This document shows, piece after piece, positions 1 to 7,405 of a stretch of 20,431 nt of DNA. The stretch comes from an uncultured bacterium (GTDB lineage Bacteria; Lernaellota; Lernaellaia; Lernaellales; Lernaellaceae), in contig CAZHPN010000105.1 in NCBI GenBank assembly GCA_964534375.1, forward strand, positions 1-20,431, read 5' to 3'. A model generated the notes under the pieces. The model was not told where the DNA came from and made no database searches. It worked only from the letters and a program-made list of their open reading frames with translations. Positions within the stretch are counted from its first letter, which is position 1. Each line of letters starts with the position of its first letter. Position numbers and translations under genes: made by a program.

Positions 1-49
1 GACCCACAGCTTGGAAGGCTGTTGCTCTAGCCAACTGAGCTACTCCCGC
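1..49 (-). tRNA. tRNA-Gly(TCC), 3' part cut off by the window edge
   Basis: Reverse complement reads GCGGGAGTAGCTCAGTTGGCTAGAGCAACAGCCTTCCAAGCTGTGGGTC: 5' acceptor strand, D-arm, and anticodon arm ACAGC-CT TCC AA-GCTGT. Confidence 0.93.
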
Positions 50-127
50 GCAATCTCGCGTTCTCCCGGAGGTGCCAACCGCGCGCCAAACCAGCGCTTC
101 GCGTCCCTCCTTTGGGGCGCATTGATC

Positions 128-210
128 TGGCGAGAGGTGGATTCGAACCACCGAAGGCTTCCGCCGGCGGATTTACAGTCCGCTCCCATTGGCCGCTCGG
201 GAATCTCGCC
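128..210 (-). tRNA. tRNA-Tyr(GTA)
   Basis: Acceptor stem GGCGAGA/TCTCGCC plus discriminator A, anticodon loop CT GTA AA, long variable arm, GGTTCGAATCC T-arm. CCA not encoded. Confidence 0.96.
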
Positions 211-246
211 ATCTAGCGACAAATTCTTAAAGAGCAGTCCCTTCAA

Positions 247-318
247 AGCTGGCGATGGGACTTGAACCCGCAACCGGCGCATTACAAATGCGCTGCTCTG
301 CCATTGAGCTACGCCAGC
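247..318 (-). tRNA. tRNA-Thr(TGT)
   Basis: Acceptor stem GCTGGCG/CGCCAGC, D-arm GCTC/GAGC, anticodon arm GCGCA-TT TGT AA-TGCGC, T-loop TTCAAGT. CCA not encoded. Confidence 0.95.
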
Positions 319-354
319 ATACCGGCGCCGCCCCTCGCACTTTGAGGGACGGTA

Positions 355-382
355 ATTATAGGCAAGTAAACATTCGTGTCAA
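355..382 (-). promoter_or_regulatory. sigma70 promoter of the tRNA operon
   Basis: Minus strand TTGACA-16 nt-TATAAT (perfect hexamers; 16-nt spacers are common at stable-RNA promoters), about 36 nt upstream of tRNA-Thr. Confidence 0.9.
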
Positions 383-618
383 GCGGCTTTCGCGCGAAAT
401 GTAAGCCCGGAAAACACGGCCGCCGCCGGGCAATTTCACGGGGTTGGCCCGGCGGGCGTTCTATTACGCCAATCGCGCAACGACGGCAATGCCCGCGTAC
501 GGCCGCAAGCGATTCCCTGGACCGGCGCGCGACTCTTTCCTCGGTCGGTTATTTCGTTTGCAAGGGCCCGTGGCGTAAATCGCGAGCACGGTGGGAACAT
601 TAACGGCGAGGAGGATCC

Positions 619-1389
619 ATGGGTGCGCTTGTTTGCGCAAATTGCGGCGCGCCGCTCGACGTCACAGCGGCCGCGGCGGCGCTTGGCTATGTAAAATGCC
701 CGTACTGCAGCGGCTCGACGCCGCTGGCGCAGCCGGCCCGCGGGGGAGCCGAGGCGGACGCGCCGCCGTCGCCGTTCGTCCGCGTCGGCAGCGACAATGT
801 GGAGCTTCTGCCCGCGGATCTCGACGCGGTCGCCGAGCGGCCGCCGTTCACGAGAATCGACCTCACGCAGAAGCCGGGCGAGCATTTTCGCTTGCTGATG
901 CCGCGAAAAAATGTGCTGGCGGTCGTTATCTTCGCGGCAACTCTCGCGGGCGGAGTCGGCGGCGGCGGCATTGGCGTCGTCGCGGCGGTCACCGCGGTGG
1001 CGGCGGGTTTCGGTTACGGGTGGCTGGCGTTCGCAATTTCCAGCGCCGTCGTTGTGGTCGCGCTCGCCGTTGGCGCCTGGTATCTCGTCCGCATCGCGCG
1101 CGGCCGCAACGAAATCGCCGGGCGCGGCGGCAAGTTGCGGGTCGTCAAACGCGGCATCACGGTAACGACCGCCGAGTATCCGTTGACTGCGGCGACCGAC
1201 CTGGCGTTCGACCCCCTGGACGAAACGCTCGACGGCACGCCGGCTTACTGCCTCGGCCTGAACACCGAGTCGGGCCGGATGCCGCTGCCGGATTTCTTCT
1301 TGAGTTGCACGGCTGGCCAACAGCGTTGGATTCGCACGGAATGGCGGCATTTCCACGAATCGATCCGTAGGGGCGGCGGCCCGGAGTAG
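619..1389 (+). CDS. Zinc-ribbon-containing membrane protein (hypothetical)
   Basis: GAGGAGG SD directly upstream of ATG. N-terminal CANC...CPYC zinc ribbon, two hydrophobic segments mid-protein, soluble beta-rich C-terminus. Confidence 0.8.
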   Translation: MGALVCANCGAPLDVTAAAAALGYVKCPYCSGSTPLAQPARGGAEADAPPSPFVRVGSDNVELLPADLDAVAERPPFTRIDLTQKPGEHFRLLMPRKNVLAVVIFAATLAGGVGGGGIGVVAAVTAVAAGFGYGWLAFAISSAVVVVALAVGAWYLVRIARGRNEIAGRGGKLRVVKRGITVTTAEYPLTAATDLAFDPLDETLDGTPAYCLGLNTESGRMPLPDFFLSCTAGQQRWIRTEWRHFHESIRRGGGPE

Positions 1390-1416
1390 GCTTGCCCGAA
1401 GCGGCATTCCGAATTC

Positions 1417-2652
1417 TCAGCGGCAGCACGCGGCAAGCCGTTCACATACACTGGATTGCGGTTCGCTGCCGTAGTGCATGATCCTTCCCCCGCGACCGAC
1501 GGCGAACACATTCCAAGGGGAGTCACCCCAGACGCCAAGGAACTCCGGCCCCATGTCATTCATCGTCGACCACGAGGAACCGTCGTAGTGGAGAATTGCT
1601 CCGTTGAAGCCCACGGCGAACACGTTTGACGAAGAGCTTCCCCAGGCACCGTACAACATCGCCAGCGCAAACGGATCCGTCATCGTGGACCACGATGAGC
1701 CGTCGTATTGCAGGATCAACCCGTCTCCGGCCGGCACTGTATATCCTACGACGAACACGTCCGTCGAAGAACTCCCCCAAATGCCCTCTAGATCTTCCGA
1801 CGAATCGCTCGTCGCCAGCGACCACGGGGAGTGGCCATCGAAGTGAAAAATGGAGCCGTTGAAGCTCACGCAGAACACGTCGCTGCCGGAACTGCCCCAA
1901 ATCCCATTGCAACCTGTCGCCGATCCGCCCGCCATCAGCGACCACGAAGAACCGTCGTAGTGCAAAATGACACTGTCGCCCACGACGAACACGTCTGAGC
2001 CAGAGATTCCCCAAACGCCGTACAATTCCTTTGTCGTCCCGGTCGTCACCGGCGACCATGAGCCGCCGTCGTAATGCAGAAGCTGCCCGGTGTATGCGGC
2101 GCTGAATCCTACGGCGAAGACGTTCGAGCCCGAACTGCCCCAGACACCGCCCAAATCAAACGTAGTGCCGCTGGTCATCCCCGACCAATACGAACCGTCA
2201 TACTGAAGAATTGTTCCGGCGGTGCCGACGGCGAATACGTCCGCTGCAGAGCTTCCCCATACGGCAAACAAATCTTCCGACGTCCCGCTCGCCATTGGCG
2301 ACCAGGAACACGCTGTGGTGTCGTTGTCGTCGTCGTCATCGGTCGTGTCGTCGTTGTCGTCATCGTCGTTGTCATTGTCATCATCGTCATCGGTCGTGTC
2401 GTTGTCGTCGTTGTCGTCGTTGTCGTCATCGGTCGTGTCGTCGTTGTCGTCATCGTCATCGGTCGTGTCGTCGTCGTTGTTGTCGTTATCGTTATCATTG
2501 TCGTTGTCGTCATCATTGCCCGACGATGTGTCGTCGTCCGTCTGCCGGCTCGCGCTGTTGCCATTGCCGCCGGAGCCGCCGCACGCAACAAGGAAAAGGA
2601 ACGCCGTGAGAATAACGGTGACTCCGAAAATCATAAATGCATTGCGCTTCAT
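1417..2652 (-). CDS. Lipoprotein with Asp-rich linker and 7 WGSS repeats (probable 7-bladed beta-propeller)
   Basis: GGAGG SD. Signal peptide with lipobox LVAC-GG, a D/N/T-rich tract of about 70 aa, then seven units of about 40 aa (L-x-G-V-W-G-S-S-x-x-D-V-F-A-V-G...I-L-H-Y-D-G-S-S-W). Confidence 0.88.
   Translation of the reverse strand: MKRNAFMIFGVTVILTAFLFLVACGGSGGNGNSASRQTDDDTSSGNDDDNDNDNDNDNNDDDTTDDDDDNDDTTDDDNDDNDDNDTTDDDDDNDNDDDDNDDTTDDDDDNDTTACSWSPMASGTSEDLFAVWGSSAADVFAVGTAGTILQYDGSYWSGMTSGTTFDLGGVWGSSGSNVFAVGFSAAYTGQLLHYDGGSWSPVTTGTTKELYGVWGISGSDVFVVGDSVILHYDGSSWSLMAGGSATGCNGIWGSSGSDVFCVSFNGSIFHFDGHSPWSLATSDSSEDLEGIWGSSSTDVFVVGYTVPAGDGLILQYDGSSWSTMTDPFALAMLYGAWGSSSSNVFAVGFNGAILHYDGSSWSTMNDMGPEFLGVWGDSPWNVFAVGRGGRIMHYGSEPQSSVCERLAACCR
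2320..2538 (-). repeat. Low-complexity Asp/Asn/Thr coding repeat (DDDDNDDTT-like units)
   Basis: Runs of gtc/gtt/atc triplets on the + strand, with recurring ggtcgtgtcgtcgttgtcgtc units. Confidence 0.9.
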
Positions 2653-2797
2653 GACGCCTCCGGCTCAGCCCCTCAACAGTCGTTGGCGTGCGCCGAGCGG
2701 TTTCGCACCAATTTCTCCTCGAACCCCGTTCGCGCGTGAAAAGTCGGATTTATTCGCGACCGGCAGAACCTTTTCACGTCGCTATGATGTGAGGACG

Positions 2798-2826
2798 ATT
2801 CTTCCAGAATTGAGGTTAGTTTTCAA
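2798..2826 (-). promoter_or_regulatory. Putative sigma70 promoter for the 1417..2652 gene
   Basis: Minus strand TTGAAA-17 nt-AAGAAT with TG just upstream of the -10, in the divergent intergenic region. Confidence 0.45.
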
Positions 2827-3064
2827 GGCAAAAAAACAGATGGCGTGCGAAATGCGCAATTGCGCGCCAGAAAAGCACGTTTTCAACCGCGCCGTTCGCG
2901 GCGCTCCGTGCCCTTCGCCCGACCGGGCCGGCGCCGCCGCGTTCTCACACGCCGCCGTCCGGCGCCCGCTTGCATTCTCGACGCGCGACCCGTAGAAACA
3001 GGCAAAGACGCGCCCCGGATGTCCTCCGTCGGGCGCGGGCGTCGCTGCCGAGGAAAACGACTTC

Positions 3065-4957
3065 ATGACCGATAGCCCGCCTCCGAAGTTGGTCATGCCG
3101 CAAATCGAGCCGGGGATGGTGCTGGCCGGGCGCTACCGCATTTTGTCATCGGTCGGCAAAGGCGGCATGGGCCAGGTCTATGCCGGCGAGGAGGAAAGCC
3201 TCGGGATTCGCCGGCTGGTCGCGATCAAGGTTCTGCCGCCGCAAATGATGCTCGACGAAAGCCTGATGGCGCGATTCCGCGAGGAAATCCGCATCGCGGC
3301 GCAGCTCGACCATCCGCACATCGTGCCCATCTACAGTCTGGGCGAGCACCAGGGCGTCTACTTCTACGTCATGAAGCTGCTGGACGGCCAAACGGCCTTC
3401 CAGCGGCTGCGGCAGAGCGGCCCGTTCACCGAGCCCGACTTGCGCAAGATGGCGGCGCCCATCGCCCGCGCGCTGCATTACGCGCACAGCAAGGGCGTCA
3501 TTCACCGCGACATCAAGAGCAACAACATCCACCTCGGCGCCGACGGCCATCCGACGTTGATGGATTTCGGCGTCGCCCGCGGCCACGAAAGCGCCGAATT
3601 GACCTCGCCGGGCCAGATCATCGGCACCGCCGAGTGCATGGCGCCCGAACAGTGGGTCGGCCATGCCGAGCCGCGCAGCGACATCTACGGTCTCGGCGTG
3701 GTGCTCTACGAGTTGGCCGCCGGCAAGCTGCCGTGCGACAGCCGGCAGACATACGAATTGATGAAATTCCACATGGAGGTGACGCCGCCGCGCCTGCGCA
3801 TCGCCGCGCCGGGCATGTCGGCCGAACTGGAAGCGATCGTCCTCAAGTGCCTGGCGAAGGAACCGAACGACCGCTACCCCCATGCCCTGGCGCTCGCCGA
3901 AGCGCTCGAAAGCCCCTACCGCGCGCCCGATGCGGCGCCGGATGCGCCGCCGCCCGCGGTCGAACCCGCCGCGTTCACCGGCGATAGATCGCCAACGGCG
4001 ATGGAGACAGCGCGCACGATGCTGACGCCTGGCGCCGCGGTCGAATTGGTGCGGGTCGACAAGCGGCTGTGGCGCAAGTGCGTGACGGCCGACGAGGCCT
4101 ATGCCGGCGGCGAACTGGCCGAGGCGCTGCGATTGATGAAGCGCGCCGCGAAGGCGTATCCGGACAGCCGCGAGGTGAAGGAACGCGTCGAAAAATTCTC
4201 GAAGATGAAGGCACTGACCGATCAGATCATGGCGCGGGGCGACGCTGCGATGGCGGCCGCGAAACTGAAACAGGCGATCGCCGAGTACGAGAACGTCTTG
4301 CGCTGCATGCCGCTGCCGGCCGCCGCCGCGAAATTGGTCCGCGCCCGCGCGCAGGCCGAACAGGCCGACGAATTGCTTTACCGCGCGCAGCAGGCCAAAC
4401 GCGACGGCCGGCCCGGGGAGGCGCTCAAGCTCGCCGCCAGGGCCTTTCGGATGCACCAGGAAATCGACCCGCCGCACGACGGCGGTCCGCGCTCGGGCCG
4501 GCACAAGCGCCGGCCAAAAAAGAAGCGCGCGCCGATCGTCACCGGCGGCCGGGTCGCGCTGCTGCTATTCGTCGCGCTGCTCGTGGCGGCCGTCGACGGC
4601 GCCCGGCCGCTCTTGCTGCGGTTGGCCGACGCCGCCTACGACGCCAATACCGACCAAAGCCTGTTCCTGGCCGAATTCGGCGCCGAACGTTATTACGCCG
4701 CCCTGGCCCGCCTGCCCTCGCCGCCGCCGCGCGTCGCCGACCGCCTCCGCACAATCAACCGGCGCGCGAAGGCCTACTATACGGCGCGGGCTAACGAGGC
4801 CGTGCAATCCGGCGCGCTCGGCGCCGCCATCAAGTATTTGGAAAAGGCGCTGGCCCGCGACCCCGGCGACGGGAAGTTGGTCGACGCGCTGCAACTGTAC
4901 CAGGCGAAATACGCGGTGCAGCAAAGTCTTGCGACGAAACCCGGGGAAAGCGAGTGA
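3065..4957 (+). CDS. Hanks-type Ser/Thr protein kinase with TPR-like helical regions and one TM segment
   Basis: GKGGMG P-loop, VAIK, HRDIKSNN, DFG, APE and DIYGLG motifs. Then a Pro/Ala linker, TPR-like helices, basic RHKRRPKKKR patch, TM VALLLFVALLVAAV and a C-terminal TPR-like helix pair. Confidence 0.95.
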   Translation: MTDSPPPKLVMPQIEPGMVLAGRYRILSSVGKGGMGQVYAGEEESLGIRRLVAIKVLPPQMMLDESLMARFREEIRIAAQLDHPHIVPIYSLGEHQGVYFYVMKLLDGQTAFQRLRQSGPFTEPDLRKMAAPIARALHYAHSKGVIHRDIKSNNIHLGADGHPTLMDFGVARGHESAELTSPGQIIGTAECMAPEQWVGHAEPRSDIYGLGVVLYELAAGKLPCDSRQTYELMKFHMEVTPPRLRIAAPGMSAELEAIVLKCLAKEPNDRYPHALALAEALESPYRAPDAAPDAPPPAVEPAAFTGDRSPTAMETARTMLTPGAAVELVRVDKRLWRKCVTADEAYAGGELAEALRLMKRAAKAYPDSREVKERVEKFSKMKALTDQIMARGDAAMAAAKLKQAIAEYENVLRCMPLPAAAAKLVRARAQAEQADELLYRAQQAKRDGRPGEALKLAARAFRMHQEIDPPHDGGPRSGRHKRRPKKKRAPIVTGGRVALLLFVALLVAAVDGARPLLLRLADAAYDANTDQSLFLAEFGAERYYAALARLPSPPPRVADRLRTINRRAKAYYTARANEAVQSGALGAAIKYLEKALARDPGDGKLVDALQLYQAKYAVQQSLATKPGESE

Positions 4958-4960
4958 AGG

Positions 4961-5002
4961 AAAAAGGAAAAAAGAGCGGGGCCGCGTCGGTTAGCCGTTG
5001 CT
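4961..5002 (-). terminator. Possible intrinsic terminator for the 5151..6299 gene
   Basis: Imperfect GAGC..GGC/GCC..GCTC stem followed on the minus strand by TTTTTTCCTTTTT, between convergent genes. Confidence 0.4.
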
Positions 5003-5026
5003 CGCATCCCGGTTAGGGTCGGCCGA

Positions 5027-5062
5027 TTCCCATTACTCCCATATTTCTCATAATTCCCATAT
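5027..5062. repeat. Tandem 9-mer array (4 units)
   Basis: ttcccatta ctcccatat ttctcataa ttcccatat. Confidence 0.8.
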
Positions 5063-5074
5063 TTTTGTTCCAGC

Positions 5075-5146
5075 CCGTTCTCGGTTTACGGTTGCCAGTC
5101 GCCGGCGGCCGTTCGTCTTTCGCCGTTCCGCATTCGCCATTCCGCG
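5075..5146. repeat. Degenerate tandem 7-mer array
   Basis: ccgttct cggttta cggttgc cagtcgc cggcggc, then ttcgtct ttcgccg ttccgca ttcgcca ttccgcg (5112-5146). Confidence 0.6.
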
Positions 5147-5150
5147 TTGG

Positions 5151-6299
5151 TCACGAGCCGCTGTAATGCAGAATCGTGCCTGCGAGGCCGACGGCGAACA
5201 CGTCTGTGGCGGAACTGCCCCAGATGCCGTTCAATTCCAGCGTCGAACTGTTGGTCATTAACGTCCAGGCGGAGCCGTCATCGTGCAAAATGGCGCCGTT
5301 CCAACCCACGACGAAGATGTCGGACGAAGAGCTGCCCCAGACGGCGTTGAACTGTATCGCGGCCGAACTCTGCGATACCGTTATCCAGGTCGAACCGTTG
5401 TAGCGCCAAATCAGGCCGAGGTTGGTGTCCAAGTCGACGCCGACGGTGTACACGTCCGAGGCCGAACTGCCCCAAACGCCGTAAAAAATGGCGTCGGCCT
5501 TGCCGCTCTGCGACATTTCCGCCCACGCGGAACCGTTGTATTTCATGATCACGCCGAAGTCGGAAACGTCGGTGCCGACCGCGAAAGCCTCGGCGGCGGA
5601 ATTGCCCCAGACGCCGCGCAACGTGTTGGCCGTTGACGTCGACGACCACGAGGAGCCGTTGTAGCTGAAGATCGCGCCCGAGCCGACGGCGAACACTGCC
5701 GACGCCGACGAGCCCCAAACGCCGGACAACCAAACGTTCGTCGAACCGCTGTCCATCGCCTTCCACGTGGAACCGTCGTAGCCGACGATCACGCCCGCGT
5801 TGTCATAGCCGCCCACCGCAAAAACGTCCGTGGGCGAACTCCCCCAGACGCCGGCCAGCACGGTCTCCGCCGTCGTCCCGGGCTGCTGCATCACCGACCA
5901 CGCCGAGCCATCGTAGTGCACAATCGCGCCGCTCCAGCCCACCGCGAAAACGTCCGAACCGGAACTGCCCCACACGCCGTACAAGTCCGCGGTCGTGCCG
6001 CTCGTCATCGCTGGCCATTGAGTCGAACTGTCGTCGTCATCGTCATCGTCGTTGTCGTCGTTATCATCGTCGTCGCCGGGCGAGGAGTCGTCGTTGTCGT
6101 CATCATCCGGGGAGGCGTCATTGTCGTTGTCGTCATCATCCGGGGAGGCGTCATTGTCGTCGTCGTCGCCGGGCGAGGCGTCGTCGTCGATCACGCTCGC
6201 AGCGTGACTGCTGTTGGAACTGCCGCCGCACCCGATCATCATGGCGACGACCGCCAGAGCCAGGAAAGCGAGAAAGGCAAAAGAAGATATCCGGCGCAT
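5151..6299 (-). CDS. Lipoprotein with Asp-rich linker and 7 WGSS repeats (paralog of 1417..2652)
   Basis: Start reassigned to ATG at 6299 (GGGGAG SD; MRRISSFAFLAFLALAVVAMMIG-CGG lipobox). Asp-rich tract, then seven WGSS/DVFAVG/YDG repeats. 382 aa. Confidence 0.88.
   Translation of the reverse strand: MRRISSFAFLAFLALAVVAMMIGCGGSSNSSHAASVIDDDASPGDDDDNDASPDDDDNDNDASPDDDDNDDSSPGDDDDNDDNDDDDDDDSSTQWPAMTSGTTADLYGVWGSSGSDVFAVGWSGAIVHYDGSAWSVMQQPGTTAETVLAGVWGSSPTDVFAVGGYDNAGVIVGYDGSTWKAMDSGSTNVWLSGVWGSSASAVFAVGSGAIFSYNGSSWSSTSTANTLRGVWGNSAAEAFAVGTDVSDFGVIMKYNGSAWAEMSQSGKADAIFYGVWGSSASDVYTVGVDLDTNLGLIWRYNGSTWITVSQSSAAIQFNAVWGSSSSDIFVVGWNGAILHDDGSAWTLMTNSSTLELNGIWGSSATDVFAVGLAGTILHYSGS
6030..6188 (-). 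repeat. Asp-rich coding repeat (DASPDDDDN-like units)
   Basis: Duplicated gtcgtcatcatccggggaggcgtcattgtcgt blocks at about 6096-6160 within a gtc-rich tract. Confidence 0.88.
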
Positions 6300-6445
6300 C
6301 GTAGTCTCCCCGCGTACGAGTGAAGCTCTGGCGTGGGCTGCTGTCTCTGCGCGAACCTGCCGCCAGTGCGGACGCATTCCACGCCGATGCCGGCGCCGCG
6401 TCAAGGCGGTCTGGCGCGCGGACGGCGCGAGAGATGAATTTTGTC

Positions 6446-6541
6446 CACAGATTACACAGATTTCACAGATTCGGGTGGAATCACCCCGCAACGTGGCCAG
6501 AGCGAAGCGGGACGATCTGTGAAATCGGTATCGTCTGGGGA
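6446..6541. repeat. Inverted pair of tandem 9-mer arrays (CACAGATTN x3, then degenerate reverse complement x3)
   Basis: cacagatta cacagattt cacagattc (6446-6472) and atctgtgaa atcggtatc gtctgggga (6515-6541). Confidence 0.75.
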
Positions 6542-6549
6542 AGCTTGGA

Positions 6550-7134
6550 TCAATCCCCGTGTTTGGTCAGCGTGCGCTCGAACCGGCGGTCCGGAATTAG
6601 CCACGCCAGCGCCACGCCGACCAGAACGGCGATCGCCGCCCAGCGGTTGGCGAAAGCCAACGGGATCGCCGCGACGTAGGCGACGATCGACGCCTTGCCC
6701 TTCCAGTCACGCCCGAGCGCACGCGCCAGCGCCGAGTCGGCGCCGTGCAGCGGCAATAGCGCGCGCGTCAGCAGGAAGTAGGCGACGGCGGCCAGCAGTT
6801 GCACAACCGCGTACGCCGCAACCGGAATCGGCGCCGCATGGCGCTCCCCCAACCACGCGGTGACGAACGGCGTCAGCGACAGCCAGAACAGCAAGTGCAT
6901 GTTGGCCCAGAGCACGCGGCCGTTCACCTGCGCCACCGCGTGCAAGAGATGATGGTGGTTGTTCCAGTAGATCGCGATAAACGTGAAGCTGAGCAGATAA
7001 CTCAAGAACGTCGGCACGAGCGGCGCGAGATCGGCCCAATTCGTACCCGCCGGCGGCCTCAACTCAAGCACCATGATCGTGATGATGATCGCGATCACGC
7101 CGTCGCTGAATGCTTCCAATCGGTTGCGGGTCAT
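6550..7134 (-). CDS. TMEM175-family (DUF1211) potassium channel
   Basis: Signature RLEAFSDGVIAIIITIMVLEL, then YLLSF..IAIYWNNHH and LFWLSLTPF.TAW. Six TM helices, 194 aa. Confidence 0.93.
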   Translation of the reverse strand: MTRNRLEAFSDGVIAIIITIMVLELRPPAGTNWADLAPLVPTFLSYLLSFTFIAIYWNNHHHLLHAVAQVNGRVLWANMHLLFWLSLTPFVTAWLGERHAAPIPVAAYAVVQLLAAVAYFLLTRALLPLHGADSALARALGRDWKGKASIVAYVAAIPLAFANRWAAIAVLVGVALAWLIPDRRFERTLTKHGD

Positions 7135-7232
7135 CGCGTCCTCTGCGCCGCCCGGGTGAGATCGAAGTTCGCTTTCCGCTAATCAAGCCTGCGCACGCGC
7201 GCGGGCGTTGTCCAGAGTCGCTTGATCGGGGC

Positions 7233-7340
7233 CTTGGGAGTTCTGGGAATTCCGGGAGTAATGTCTGGGTTGGCGACGCCGGTCAGCAGGTTCGGGCGCT
7301 CATGATTCCCAGAATTCCCGGGATTCCCAGGATTCCCGTT
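7233..7340. repeat. Inverted pair of tandem 9-mer arrays (GGGAAT-core x3 / ATTCCC-core x4)
   Basis: cttgggagt tctgggaat tccgggagt (7233-7259) and attcccaga attcccggg attcccagg attcccgtt (7305-7340). Confidence 0.8.
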
Positions 7341-7405
7341 GCGTACGCACGCCGGCGGACTCGGAAACGCCGTGACACGGACCGAGTTCCACAGCCGCTC
7401 GCCGC

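Noticed and set aside
11..282. Short ORFs at 11..265, 27..212 and 40..282
   Set aside because: They overlap clear tRNA genes and are translation artefacts.
2074..2995. Poly-Val, poly-Ser, poly-Thr and Arg/Cys-rich ORFs over the Asp-rich tracts (also 5916..6323 and 20084..20407)
   Set aside because: They are alternative frames of GAC/GAT/AAC repeats; the Asp frame carries the signal peptide and domain or a plausible terminus.
3146..4504. Long antisense ORFs (3146..4504, 7463..9103, 9597..10922, 11380..12441, 13513..15477, 17587..18834)
   Set aside because: They are shadow ORFs opposite well-supported genes, expected in high-GC coding DNA, with no recognisable motifs.
6441..6449. DnaA-box-like TTGTCCACA, and oriC as an explanation for the 15330-16400 intergenic region
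   Set aside because: It is a single mismatched box overlapping a repeat; there is no cluster of DnaA boxes and no dnaA/dnaN/gidA context.
6300..6491. N-terminal extension of the 446-aa ORF, including an apparent CxxCxxC motif (ICEICVICG)
   Set aside because: The Cys pattern is just the translated 9-mer DNA repeat; the real start is ATG 6299 with SD and signal peptide.
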